Positions 48,916 through 62,601 of a stretch of DNA of 64,000 nucleotides are shown here, piece after piece. Location of the stretch: NCBI GenBank assembly GCA_004022145.1, contig RCNU01000008.1. One strand, written 5' to 3'. The notes under the pieces are model-generated. The model had not been told where the DNA came from, made no database searches, and saw nothing but the letters and a program-made list of their open reading frames with translations. This DNA comes from Paecilomyces variotii. Taxonomy: Eukaryota. Made by a program: the position numbers and the translations under genes. Each line of letters opens with the position of its first letter. Positions within the stretch are counted from its first letter, which is position 1.

Positions 48916-49978
48916 ATGCATGAAAGCTGGGCCCTTGGACCTTCGCCAACATGGCAATTCGTCAATGGGACCTTGTTCAAGAAGCGGGAAGGGGAAGTTA
49001 TAACAGTCGGGGACAGGCAGTTTCTAATGACAAGGGATATGCACGAGTCTCACTGGCAGGGAGTGGAGCAATGGAAAGTGGTCTTCGAAGGAGTGGATCT
49101 TCAAACATCTGAGCCGGTTGTTATAAAGTTCAGGTACTTGTAAGTTCCTTGGTTTTTTTCATCAAGCAGAGGAATGAGAGCATGATATTATGATACTAAC
49201 TAAAGACATGACCAGACTAGACCAGCATGCCATCGAGCCTGATCGACGCGGATGCAGATGTCGCCCAAAGGAATTTTTCTTAGCGGCAATAGATGCCTTG
49301 CAATCATGTCATGGATGCAGACAATTTCCGAAATATATCATTCATGAGGAAAAACAACAGTCCAAGGAGGATCCTAATCCTGGCGCTCCGATATTTATTC
49401 TGGTCATGAGCAAGATTGACGCTCTTCCACTCTTTGGTCACTCATCAGTCCCGGGCGATGTCCTTCCGGAACCACTAACCCCTGAGGACAAACAGATCAT
49501 ACGGAGACAATGTTTAGAAGTACTGGAGTATGTATTGATGTTTTAACCGACCAACGCTACCGCCTACTAGCTTACATGACTATTTGATAAAGGATTATTC
49601 GTCAGCGAGGCTTCGGCCCTTGCCTTGACCTCTTTGACGCGCACTATAATATTAGGACGAAAATGCTGTATGAAAAAACCTAGGTCTTGATATTTTAGTC
49701 CAAGAGGGAAAAGACTGCGAAATTCTGACGCTGATATTATTCTACCTAGTTACTTTCTTGGACATCATCGCATGATGCGTGATTGGCCTTGGACCACGGA
49801 GGGCCCTCTGACAGAGTCATCGAAGGAGTTTCTATCGGTGATAGACCAACTTGACAGGGTGGAGAGACAACAACAGGAATATGAGAGGATAAGTCAACAA
49901 CAAGCGCTAGAAAGACAACGGTACGAGTCACAAAGGCAACAATTCCAGTCATATCATGGTCTATGTGATATGTACTAA
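48916..49978 (+). CDS. Hypothetical protein, divergent kinase-like fold with Gln-rich coiled tail
   Basis: Four exons (48916-49139, 49216-49527, 49593-49667, 49750-49978) joined in frame by three GT-AG introns. VVIKFR, ALQSCHGC..FPKYI..QQ..DPNPG..IFILVMSKI..PL, and DKQIIRRQ. Confidence 0.65.
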
Positions 49979-50621
49979 ACAGCCTCATTGCCTTATTGTG
50001 GGCGGGAATGATTCAAACTTTTGGTAGTTTTATTGGCTATAAGTCCTGGAGATTACTATGTTCCCTATGGATTTATATAATGTAAGATCTCCCGCAGCAA
50101 ATCAAGCTCATTTAGTTGATGAATGTCCTCAGCCCGCTATGGACTCTTAGGAACACCCAGATTAACTTATGTATTATCTTTATTTCCCGCGGATCTATAA
50201 GTTTTGTTATAGATCTACTATCAGAAATCAAGATAGTCTCGTTTGTAATAAGAATACCCCCAGTTGTGATGTCCGGAACATCATAGCATATGGGGGAAAG
50301 CTTTATGATCTAAGTCTGCTCTAGATTTCGTACCTCGTCTATACGCCCGCGGGACTATACGAGAAAGCGAGAAACTTGATACCGGGGTCGGATGTATACG
50401 AACGCATAAATTATACTTCCAGTTGGATCGAATAGAATGAACTGTACTAGCCCAATCCATAGCGACGCACGGCACATAGATTAGCTTAGCTGGAGAGTAT
50501 GACTTCAGAAGTTGAAAATGTATGAAAAAGAAAGCTGTCCATAATAATACGATGTAAAACATTCTTAGTCTCAGTTGAAACAATGAAAAGGCTAGACTAG
50601 TTAATATGATCCCATCAATGA

Positions 50622-52226
50622 ATGAGAACGATTATATGTCGGAGCCCGCCTACAGGCAGACCTTCTGTCGGATTCTTCCCACGCCTTTCTAGCTCCATTC
50701 ACAGAGATAAATATGCTGAGCTACTTGCTCGAGGATTCATGCTCAGCGAGCTTCGCTCCAAGGTTATACAGCGAATGGTGAAAGATCCATTCACATTCAT
50801 ACGGAGGGGAAATGACTCAACTTGCCACTCTGCGGAGTGATTGTCTACTGCTATATATTCCATTATATTCCATCTTCTTTCGAACACCCCTACAAGTCAT
50901 CCTTGGATATACGGATGTTGGCTTATATATAGAACATTACAATCTTAACTTGAAGGACGAAATGGGCCCCTATGGCGGCCCTGCGTCAGGCTACTACTGG
51001 AGAGTTGACACTCAAGTCACGCCAACTCGGATGGTCATTGCACGGTTGGCAACTCTTATTTTGGCCAAACTTTGCAACAGATGCCCGCAAATTCTCTATA
51101 ATCATTTATATATCGCGTGGGCCTTCCCCCTGGAGCATATTCGTCTACCCTCCAACGAGAAGAGCGCCTAATAGTTTCGAACAAGATTAGTATCTGTGGC
51201 AGATTCTTCAATAATTTAGGAGTTAAAATCTCCGATATATGCCATCAGTTTTCCGACCTTTGCGGAAGCTCAGGCGGGAAGAAATTTCCCCGAGGGGTGT
51301 ATCCAAGGGGAGATCCCCGACTTCATTCTCCTGGGGTATAAGAAATCTCAAGATGGCAGATTTCCGATTTGTCACTACGATCGGGTACATGGCAGAATGG
51401 AATGACTTGCTTGGTCGGGGAGATAAAGACACCTTAGAACACCAATCTGGACGAACTTCACGGTCGCGACTTTGAGAGCGTTTGGGGTACGTAACTCACC
51501 ATATATCGTTGGTATGAAGATTAACATGAAAATACGGCAGATTGCCAGGTATATGGACGACTGCCATTGCAGGTATGGCGTGGTGAGCACGTAAGTATGA
51601 CAAGACGGTCTTCGTGCGTAGGACCGGTGATATGATTTTCGAGAGGACTCAGGTCTTTTTGGCCTCCACAAGGTCTCTTAACAGAAATCCTCCGGTTGTC
51701 AGCGTTAAGGAAGCAATGTTATACATCGCATGGCTTGCCTCGAACGGCGGCCCTGGAAACGCTTATTACCCGAACAAAATAGGTGACCCACTGGTAAGGC
51801 GCATCTCTAATGGTTTCATCGAGAACCCGTGATACTCATAAGAAAAATAGGTCCACGTCGTTAACCCATACTCCTCCACCCAAGCGCCCCGTTCTGGACG
51901 ATCCACGGCATCTCCTGCTTATACCTGCGGGTATTCTTGCGGACATGTGTCATAGCAAGGGACATATGGTCCTGCTCCGCGCCAACACGTCTACGAAGCA
52001 ATACACTTATGTGAACGAGAACAGCGCGCTAGTCTCCACTGATCACGTCTTGCTCTCCCCTTGTGCCGAAACCGAGGAAATGCGAGCCAATCTAGTCGCT
52101 GCAGCGATAGCAGAATATGAAGATCATCTAAAGGTTGCACTGAGAACGTTTAGAAAGGAATATGCGCGCTGGAAGAATGACCGCCAACACTGGGAATGGG
52201 AGCTTTTGTTAAGTTCGAGGCCATGA
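50622..52226 (+). pseudogene. Probable decayed gene of unknown family
   Basis: Chain of same-strand coding-like ORF pieces (50622-50840, 50812-51171, 51614-51832, 51810-52226) that I could not join with clean introns. Confidence 0.3.
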
Positions 52227-52800
52227 ATCTCTATCCTCTATCCCTGCATCTGCGAGAAAGTTGCATTACAGCGATTATTGGAGGGACGTTGACTTCTGGG
52301 AACCTGGTTCTGTAGTTAATCGGTTTCTTATATGTGCTGTTTTTTGGTTCTTGCGGTTCTATTTTCACAAATGTATGCAATTTGCTACCAATGGTCATAA
52401 ATATCATGATTCTATTTTCTCTCGGTGACACAGATACGCAACTAACTAATACAATTTGGAATTTAAGAGCATGGACCACCACTTGATCACTTGTCACGCT
52501 TTAACATAGTTCTTCCTATGAGTGAGTATGCATATTGTGCATGCTCCACGCTTTGGAGTAAACCAAGCAGATGACAATTCAACCTACTACTTAATGCAAC
52601 CCAATCAGCAATGGTCTTCACCGTTCTCGATGTGCACTGTTTTTGGAAGCTATACACGATGAAGACATGCCAATATCAGATAAGGTCTGCACGAGATGCT
52701 AGGAGCTAGGAGCTAGATACAAATCCAATGAGCTAAATAATAATAATAACTATATATAAACATATACTTAAAGCGTATATCAGGTTTCTATCAGAGAAAT

Positions 52801-54923
52801 TTACAACTTCGCCTTACCGGCAACAAGACTATCCCACTGTTCTTTTCCGAAGTCAACATATCCGTCATTCCCGGGAGTCAGCCATAAAAGTCGATCCATT
52901 TTGCCATCACTGACACGGGACCCAGTCTTAGCTGGATCGACTCCCTCCTCTCGTAGTGGACCCTTGTTCTGCTTGTTGTTATGAATATGGCTTGGACTTT
53001 GCACGACCCGTAGGAAAACCGGCACAGCATATCTAGGCAGCTTGGAGCGCGCGTGAGTAGCCAAAGCCTGGAAGTTGAAATTGCCCTTAGCTTCTGGCGA
53101 TAGTTGAATCGCAGCACAGCCCGCACGACCTTCGTGGTGGGGAACGACGACCCCATATACATTAGCTTCGACGACACCAGGGAATTCCCCTATCACCTGT
53201 GAGACTTCAGCCGTAGAGACATTTTCGCTCTTCCAGCGGAATGTATCGCCAAGTCGGTCTAGGAAGTACCATCGTCCGTCGGAATTTCTTTTCAATGCGT
53301 CACCGGAACGATAGTACAGGTCTCCTTTACGGAACACATCACGCAGGAACTTCTTTTCTGTTGCTTCTGGGTTTTTCCAGTAACCCTGGAAAGCGGTCGT
53401 GTCTGGTATGGCGACGATTATTTCACCTCCCTTCTCGTAAGGGTTCCTGGTTGCGAGACCTGTCTTCGGATCTCGCAGTACATCACCGGTGACAGGGTCT
53501 ATGGCCACGGGAATGTAGGAATTGCGGAGCAGTGTACGGTAAATCAAACCATGATGGCCGACACAACCAGTCAGGAAAGGACCACGAGAATAATTCAGTA
53601 GTTGGAAGATGCCTTCGGTGCTGCTGAAGAACTCCGCTACTTCGGCAATACCAAAACGTTCACGGAATTTCTCCCATACTTCGGGGCGAAGGCCATTGCC
53701 ATACATCAATCGGACCTTGTGTTGACGATCTTGTGGTGATGGAGGAGCTGCAAGTAGATACCGAGCGGTTTCGCCGACGTAGACAAAGGCGGTGCTTTCA
53801 CTATCCCGAATGTCGTTCCAGAAGTTGCGTACGCTGAACTTCCGCCCAATGGCTACTCCAACGCCGGATAGTAAAACGACTATCATCGAAATTGCCGCTG
53901 TTCCATGATACATTGGCATCGAGTTATACCACCGATCCCCACCGACGCCAGGCGCCTCGTGGAATTGGGCACCGCGTGCGAACACTGTCAAATATAGACG
54001 GGACATCGTAAACGCACAGCCTTTAGGCATTCCGGTAGTTCCAGAAGTGTAGAGCAGGATGGCAGGAGCCTGGCGGGGGAAATTCTTTCGATATTGTTCA
54101 TCGGCTGGTTTATCAGAAAAAGTTTGAACGTGCGCCTTGAGGGACGAATCCAGCGTGATAAGCTTCAGGTTCAACTCCCGTTCGAGTATTTCTCTACTCG
54201 CTTCAATGTTTCTGCGGCACTGTTCATCTTCGTCGACGAGCAAGATATTCGCTCCACTAATCTTCAAGCAGTGAACGAGGGCATCCCCAGACAGATTGTA
54301 ATTTATCGCAGCCGGAGAAGCCCCGATACTCAAAAGACCAAGCCACACGATGAGGAACTCCGGGCTGTTCTGTAAGTAGAATGTAACGAGATCTCCCCGC
54401 TTGACGCCTATAGACAGAAAGTAGTGTCCATATCTGCTAGCGAGCGCATGGGCCTCTCGGAAGGTATAGACACCTTCGCGAGACCATATGCATGTAGTGG
54501 TCGGGTATTTCTTAACTACCTCGTCGAATATGAACCAGACATCCAGAAGACCCTGTGCAGCTGTTGAGGTGTTAGTATAGGAATACAGCGAGCTATGCTT
54601 TCGGCAGATGGATGGTCTATAAGTTCTGGGCCCAGGACGCATGGAATGTGACATTGGTGAGCTCAATGAAGCGTTGACGTACCTGCATTATCATGAGCCT
54701 TTTGCGCCTGCCTGAGTCTTCGTATAGTTGAGACATCTTTTGCAATATGAAACTTTGCGTTTAAGTACGCAGCTAGAGCGGTACCGCCAGCAACAGCTGC
54801 AGCCGCAGTTCCTAATATGATTAAACAGATGAGCAACTGAACCGTAGAGCTTTACAAACATATACAAATTTCCCCTTGAATAGAAACATTGATTGAGAGA
54901 TAACGTGTCGTACCTATGGCCAT
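52801..54923 (-). CDS. FATP/Fat1-family (very-)long-chain acyl-CoA synthetase, peroxisomal
   Basis: Exons 54923-54914, 54811-54683, 54560-52801. AYLNAKFHIAKD, LYTSGTTGMPK, YVGETARYLL, GNGLRP and DRLGDTFRWKSENVST. C-terminal PTS1 AKL. CCTCGG at 55147-55152 upstream. Confidence 0.93.
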
Positions 54924-55540
54924 GATGTCTGGTCAGCTTGGAATCAAGGGCTATCAAATCCCCGGATTTTCCGACGAATACAAGGCTTGCGTCGAAGATG
55001 ATGTAGGGCAAGATGGAAGAATAGAGATTCGATCCTCTTAAGAGGTGTTGAGCTTTGATTCCCCTCCCCCGTAGTTCTCGGGCGCGTCTCCGTGTCTTCT
55101 ATTCCCTGTTCGAACGGAGTTGTGTATTGCGCTGTGGCCGAAGCATCCTCGGCTCAAAAATAGCAAGATAGGATGTTATTCGTCCGTTAACGCACCGAAG
55201 CAGATCCAGTGCGGAGAAAGCTTGATTGTCGATCATCTATCGGCCAGTGACGATGCAGACGGGCAAACGTCGGTTATTCCGGAATGCATAATTTTCATCC
55301 ATGATAGAGTACCAATACGTGGTTCGTGGATCTCATAAGCGAGATCAAGATTAGGGATGCCACGACCGACTTTATCAAGATGCATAACTTCAAACTTAAA
55401 GTCTCTACGAGCTCTAATACTGTGAAGTCCTATTGTCAAGATGGGCAGTGCCTCGGACTACAAAAACACGATAATGTTCGTGTCATCCAATTAAGCAACG
55501 AATTGGCCCATTCCGTCTGTACTTTTGTCATCCCCGAGAG

Positions 55541-56894
55541 TTACTCGAGATCTCTCAATTCCCTCCGAGGTACTACCTTTTCGTGAGCACCTCGTTCAGC
55601 AAGGGATGATGGATGCTTCCACGACCAGACTTCGTCCTTCTCGGGACCATTACTTATGCCTTCAAGCACATTCGCAACATATTTCCCGATCGTGGGAAGG
55701 AACTTCCAGCTGTGAAAAGATCCTCCTACCGCGAAGTACAGGTTAGATAGCCGTGGGTCCGGGTGTTGTGTGAGGAGCTGGCTCTGATTAGGGGTGATTC
55801 CATCCCAGCACATTCGGTAGTAGTCGACTTTCCTCCCATTTTCCAAGATCTGGGGAATACGGTCTCGTACTAGTTTAATAGACTCTTCCTGGAGTTTCAA
55901 TGGCACGATGTGCTGCTCCTGGTCCGGTGGTACGGATATCTTGTGGCCTGTCTTGGTTGTGATTGTGTTTCTGAATGAAGTTGCATTCGTGAATTTGAAC
56001 ACGTCCCGATCAGTGGGAGGGAGCACTTCTCCTGGTTGCTGTAAGTATCTGCAACCATCCCCCTCTCAAGGGGTATATTGGATTGGATTTCTCACCTTTG
56101 GCTCCAAAGATGAGCACGGGCAACTGTCTGTATAATGCCGCTTCCTCCGGCTTAAGCTGAAAATGTGCGACGCAAACGCCAGCAGCTGTAACTTGATTTT
56201 CGACTCTTTCAGCGTCTGGCATATTAAGCTCGTCTTCGACTGTCGACATCAGCTGGCTCGTCCACGCTCCTGTAGCTAATAGCACTTTCTCTGCTGTGTG
56301 CCGTCTTCCATCCTTTGTTTCTACACCTTTTACCGCACCCTGTTCAAAAACAATCCGCGCAGCTTCTCCAACCTCATACTTGACGCCCAATCTTGTTGCT
56401 TCGTGCATCATCACCTCGACTGCTTTTGCGGCATCCGCCCAGCCTGCTGACGGATTCCAATAGTACGAGCCATATTCCCGTGCATCCATCTGCGCCAGGA
56501 GGGCCCCCCATCTAGTCCGTACTTCCTCTTCAGTCAAATCGGCAGAGACATCCTCCCGATTGCCATCACGGAAGTTCTTGCGGATTCTAACCGCCAGATC
56601 GCTGTTTTTCTCATCCATCATGATCCACCCCGTCTGGTGATAAACGTTGGCGTCCCTGAAGAATGGAAAGCTCCTCCAGGCATCCATGGCTTCATACGCG
56701 AGCTCGACATAGAATGGTTTCGAGTAATCCGCACGGACGATTTTATTTATGTCCGTTGAGGCCGCACATGCTGCTGGTACTGGTGCTCGATCGAGCACTG
56801 TGATCTTGGATGGGTCATGGTGTCTTTGGGCGAGGTGGTACGCTGTGCTTACGCCAAATATGCCAGCGCCGACAATTAATATTTCTGCATCCAT
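55541..56894 (-). CDS. FAD-dependent oxidase, sarcosine/pipecolate/fructosyl-amine oxidase family
   Basis: Exons 56894-56096 and 56031-55541. IVGAGIFGVSTAYHL, AASTDINKIVRADY, RMCWD, GGSFHSWKFLPTIGKYV. Confidence 0.9.
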
Positions 56895-57764
56895 AGGGGA
56901 TTATTATTTATTGTATGTTTTGTTCTTGTTAATATATGCGAGATGTTTCTACAACAACTCAAGTATGAATATTTGCGATAGTGAACAGGCCATGCGGGGT
57001 TGACTTATCTAATACTTAATCCCTGTCGCGATAACGTTACCTGGACTGGCCAATATTATTATCATCATTATCACACTGCTCAACCATACAATAATATTCA
57101 ATCTCACACAGAGTAGATCAAGCCAATTCTGGATGTTCCGAGTTATCTTGCATCGTAGCTGGTCGCATAGTAACTAGATAGCTACCATAATAACTGATGC
57201 GGTCTGGGTCGTGGAAGATGGTGAATGATATTATTGGCCCAAGACAGGACGGGATACAGTGGAACTGATTATTTACCCAACACTTTCAGAAGACATTGAC
57301 AGTGCATTAGTAATTATTATTGGAGATGGAGATGACACTGAAATCTGAACATACCTAGTAGTTACTACTGTACTGAGTTAACTACTGACTCATTATCCCA
57401 CAAGGTTGAATGATTGGGGCCCAACAAAGCGAAGAGGGGCAACACTGGCTTGAGCTGGCGATCTTCCGCCAAACTCCAAGTCAGTCAGACTCTGGATAAA
57501 AATGCCGGAAAGTCTCCACTGGCGATAATAGTTCGATCGCCGCGGAATCCAGTCAGAACGGGCGAATTCTCTTTGGCACTGAAAAAAGCCCCTCACTGGT
57601 GATAATTATTAACCATAACTAAGTCCTCTACGAAGATCTCCCAGCCCGTCACCGTCGGCTGATTGCGGGCTTCTAAGTAACTAAGCTGGGGGCCTTTTCT
57701 CCTCCGTCTCCGTATCGGTCTGGCTTGCACCTTCACTCTCTGTCACTACACACACACACTCACA

Positions 57765-59092
57765 ATGTCGCTCCCTCTACCTCGGCCGCTCTTTCGTGCT
57801 GTCCTGAGCAGATCCTACGGGACTGTCCAGGGCACTCCGCCAGCAGCTGCCTCCTTGGCCTCGAGGATACCCCCGGCCCTGCAGGAAGCCACTGCGGCGA
57901 CAGCCCCGCGCACCAATTGGACTCGCGATGAAATCAAGCAGATCTATGAGTCTCCGTTGAACCAGCTCACGTATGCTGCGGTACGAACCAGTTGCTTGCT
58001 GACTTTGTTGTGTTCTGCTATTTTTTTGTTTTGTCGACTGTAACCTCGAGGAACGAATGATGAGGATTTGCATTTGCTCAAATTGGATATGCTATGATTA
58101 TCGAGACTGATCCTCCCAACCCATAGGCCGCCGTCCACCGCCGCTTCCACGATCCCTCTGCGATCCAGATGTGCACCCTGATGAACATCAAGACCGGCGG
58201 CTGCAGCGAAGACTGCTCCTACTGTGCGCAGTCCTCCCGCCACAACACGGGTCTCAAGGCCACGAAGATGAGCCCCGTCGACGAGGTGCTGGAGAAGGCC
58301 CGGATGGCCAAGAAGAACGGCAGCACGAGGTTCTGCATGGGTGCCGCCTGGCGAGACATGCGCGGGCGCAAGACCAGTCTCAAGAACGTCAAGCAGATGG
58401 TGTCCGGCATCCGGGACATGGGCATGGAAGTGTGTGTGACGCTGGGCATGATCGATCAGAACCAGGCCAAGGAGCTGAAGGAGGCTGGTCTCACGGCCTA
58501 CAACCACAACCTCGACACCTCGCGCGAGTTCTACCCGTCCATCATCACCACCCGTTCCTACGACGAGCGTCTGCAGACTCTCTCGCACGTCCGCGACGCG
58601 GGCATCAACGTCTGCTCCGGCGGTATCCTGGGTCTGGGTGAATCCGACTCGGACCGCGTTGGTCTTCTGTACACCGTCTCGAACCTGCCTTCGCACCCGG
58701 AATCCTTCCCCGTTAACGCTCTGGTTCCCATCCCCGGCACGCCCCTGGGTAACCGCAAGATGATCCCGTTCGACAAGATCCTGCGCACCGTCGCTACGGC
58801 CCGTATCGTGATGCCCGCTACCATCGTCCGTCTAGCCGCCGGCCGCATCTCCATGTCCGAGGAGCAGCAGATCCAATGTTTCATGGCGGGCGCCAATGCC
58901 GTCTTCACGGGCGAGAAGATGCTTACCACTGACTGCAACGGATGGGACGAGGACCGTGAGATGTTCGAGAAATGGGGCTTCTATCCCATGAAGAGCTTTG
59001 AGCGAGAGCAGACGCCGGACGCTCCCCCCGCCCAGCCCAAGGTGGAGAATGTGGAAACCGCTGCTGCTGCGCAGGTTGCGGCCAGTGCCTGA
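57765..59092 (+). CDS. bioB: Biotin synthase (radical SAM), mitochondrial
   Basis: Exons 57765-57980 and 58127-59092. CSEDCSYC, RFCMGAAWR, YNHNLDTSRE, VCSGGILGLGE, CFMAGAN. N-terminal presequence. Confidence 0.98.
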
Positions 59093-59417
59093 TCTTATTT
59101 CCCCCTCATTCTGCCATTCTGGAAACACCTTATGTCTTTGTGTTTATTTATGTTCTCATGTCGAAAAGAGCGACGATGGAGGCGAATATGTTTATATCTT
59201 TCAGCCTAGCGACAAAAATTTAGAGAATTTCGCATTTCTCATGAAAATACATATATTGTAGAACAAGTAAAGCTTGCGTCTTTCTAAAGGCGGTCTATAG
59301 TAAATTCAAATTTGCTTTCTTGGAAGATATCTGTTGATACAAAACATCTCATTTATTTATTCATGATTCATCTGAAAAGAATAGATAACTAGCTAGCTTA
59401 TCACGTCTTTTTTTCTA

Positions 59418-62052
59418 TCACAAAAGAGCCTCACGCAACAACCCCTCAATCTCTCTCAGAGATTCAGGCTTAGATGTCACGCTAGCCATGAGGTAGATCA
59501 CATTACCTAGTACCCGAGAGTGCACACCGTACGGCTTACCCGTCACGGCAAGTCGTTTCTGAAGGCCCTGAGCGGCGGTTGAGGTGTAACCTAGACTGGA
59601 GTTAAAATGACTTATTCAAATTATATAAACCGAAGATAGTTCCGTCGAGTGGGAAGGGGGAATGATCGTAACGAACCTCCTTTTCCAGATTCATCACGCA
59701 GAGTAATGCTCAACACGGTACCAATTGCAAACAGACCCTCGACAGAGTGCGCGAAGGAGAGATCCCGCACGAGACCATGGGACCAACTACTCCAAATAGC
59801 GTCTTCGGGCTTTGTGTGGGCGGCGGGAGATGATGCAGAAGTCCAATCGGCCTGGTACGGGTTCCATTGGCCTGTCTGCTCCATGTCCATCATTGTCTGT
59901 AATGATTTCTGAGCCACGGTACATCCGATCGCGTGGGCGGTGTAGCTGTGGCCGTGGAGGAGAGCGTCGCTCTTCTCGGGACTGGAGAAGGCGTCGAAGA
60001 TCTCGTTACTGGCCATGGTGGTGCAGAGGGGGAGTAGACCGCCTGTGAGGAGCTTGGCGTTGACTGTGATGTCCGGGTGTAAGCCTAGGAAGGAGGCAGC
60101 GGTGCGACGACCGAGACGGTATAGACCGGTGAAGACTTCGTCGAAGATGACGGGGAGGCCGGACCAGGATGTCGTTGAGGGCGATGGAGCCTTGGGGCTG
60201 AAGAGTTGTGGGTTGGAGCGGGTGACTTGGGTGAGGGTGTATTGGAATAGGGGATCGCTGTCGATAAGTGATAACATTAGTGAAGATTATAGGGAGCAGG
60301 TCAGATAGTGTGTTGAACTTACGCAAAGAGCATTCCGCCGGCTCCAAGGATGATCGGCTCCATGATGAGAGCGCCGAATTTCTTTCCTTCCTTGGCAACG
60401 AGATCCTCGATGGTACTTTGGATGTATGAGCGATAGCGCTTGGCGGCGTCTGAGTTGACGCGCTCTTCCAGATTGAAGATGGAGTCTAGAGTAGGGAATT
60501 CGAGATTGGGTCCCAGCGCTTCTTTCAACTCCTCAGGGACCTCTACATGCCACATGCCTTGGGACATCTTGATCTGAGGGAAGTCGAACCAATATCCACG
60601 TCCGCGGTACCATTCCACCTTCTTGTTATAGGTGGATGGTTCGGAGCAGTCCATGACACCGATGGTATCTCCGTGATAGCTTCCCTTCAGACCCAGGATG
60701 CTGATCTGTTCCTCGCTCCCGTCCCAACCGTAACGTGCACAAGATGCTCTCAGACCCATTTTGACAGCAACCTCCATACCTGTGCTTCCGTTATCGCTGT
60801 AGAACACTTTGCCAAGTCTGGGGTTTTCGTGGGCCTTGATCAATGACTCTGCCAGAGAAAGAGCTGGTTCGTGGACCGTGCCCGCAAACATAACATGGCC
60901 GTAGCGTCCGGCAGCATATGCGGCAGTCAGGGAGAGCTCTGGGTTACCATGGCCTAGACCCTGAGTCCACCAGGAGGCTGAGCCATCGAAGGTAGGTTTC
61001 AAGACACCAGCACCAGCATTGCTCGCCTGAGCGCTGTCCGGCTTGTAGGTCTGGAAGTAGTCGTCATATGCCGAGTCGATCACGGAGATATCCTTGGCGG
61101 TCATGCCTTGATGCTGCGTGAATGGATACCAGATGACATTGTGTGCGCGCTCCGCCATTGAACTTAGGCGATCCACTCTCTGCGTATTCTTGGTAGACAG
61201 ATCGTCCAGTAGACCCTGGATATCAGATTTCTTAGACACGCTCTCATAATAGGCAGCTAGAGCTTCTTCATCTCTGGCAAGTGCGTCTGCGTCTTCGACT
61301 GGTGGTTTCTCAGGCGGCTGAGGAAGCGAGAGCAATGGTATGCCTCTCTTTTCGAAGTACGTACGCAGATACTCATGGTTCTTGTAGTAGTCATCTTCGA
61401 AGAGCAAGACCGTGTGCACATCGTAACCCCGAATCAGCAGTGATTCGAAAGCCGAGATTGATGATGAGATTCCTCCCAGACGCGAATCGCCAACCAGAAC
61501 AACTGGCAGTCTTAGAGGCCTGTAGAGGTCTGCCTGAGAGTTTCCATTAGGACCAGGCGAGTGGACGCCGCCTGCCGTTTCCACCAGGGCGAATTTGATC
61601 CCGTCGTCAGCCCATTTGGTGAGAGTGGTATGCACCCCAGTCAAAATCTCGTCATCCTTGGGGATCTAGGACTATGTGAGTGACGGTCGATCTAATTGGG
61701 AAATGGAAGCCTTACAGTCTTTGACTGAGCTGCGATATGAGGGCTGACAGGCTCATCAAATTGATATAGACCCTTCTGCAGCGTCCCCGGTGAGAAGCGT
61801 TCGATATGCCTGAAAGACCCAATTAGATCAATTGCACTGCCATTGGCTTTCACACGTAGCGCACCTGTAGTCTGCTTCATCTAACGGGCCTGTAGACACA
61901 GGTTTGAGGAAGCCAACCTTGCGCGCAGAGGGGTGTCGCAAGGCTCCATTACATAGAACTGTCGAGACGACTGTTTTGCCGACGTTGGTGTTCGCGCCGT
62001 AAACCTGATGCGCACACAGCTGTCGCCAAAGGGCGCCGCCAACAGGAGCCAT
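59418..62052 (-). CDS. bioDA: Bifunctional dethiobiotin synthetase / DAPA aminotransferase
   Basis: Five exons (introns 61810-61864, 61666-61715, 60258-60322, 59591-59676). YGANTNVGKT, LKPVSTG, VETAGGVHSP, WYPFTQH, DGSASWWT, FDEVFTG, AKLLTGG, HGHSYTAH. Confidence 0.96.
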
Positions 62053-62601
62053 GGTGGTGAAGAGCTGCGATCACCTCTTCCTACTCAACCACCGTGCAAT
62101 TGAGCGGAAATCTATGCGACATCAATTGGACTCAAAAGACTGCTCTGATTCCATGAATCAATAATCAATAATCAATCCATGCTATCTCGGAACTGATAAC
62201 CGAACGCCGCGGCCACCAGAGCGCGTCCGACGATCGCTGGCGCTTCAACGGTTCCTCGCGGCCTGACAAAATTTTTCCCGTCGTGCTCCGCTCCACCAGA
62301 TTTCTCATGGAAAAGGCGTTGGCCCCAACACGATTCGTCACCGGGAGCGTGCGGTCCATGGTGGGATTTTTCTCTGGAAGTTAAGTTAGTCTAGTTCTAT
62401 CTGAACGGGAAATTTGGTCTATCTCGTTCTCCACTGGTGGCCGTCAGACCGGTCGATGTTAACTAACTAGGTCACTCCCGCAGTTAGTCACAGTTGGGAT
62501 CTTTATAGAAACTCCCTCGTACCTCGGAAAGGAGCACAATGGCAATGGCGAAGCTCAAAGAATAAGATTGCTAGTTTTCTTGTTCCTGAAGATGCGTTAG
62601 G
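62053..62601. promoter_or_regulatory. Bidirectional bioDA/bioF promoter
   Basis: 549-bp head-to-head spacer. It shares motifs with the bioB promoter and has CCTCGG at 62522-62527. Confidence 0.6.
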
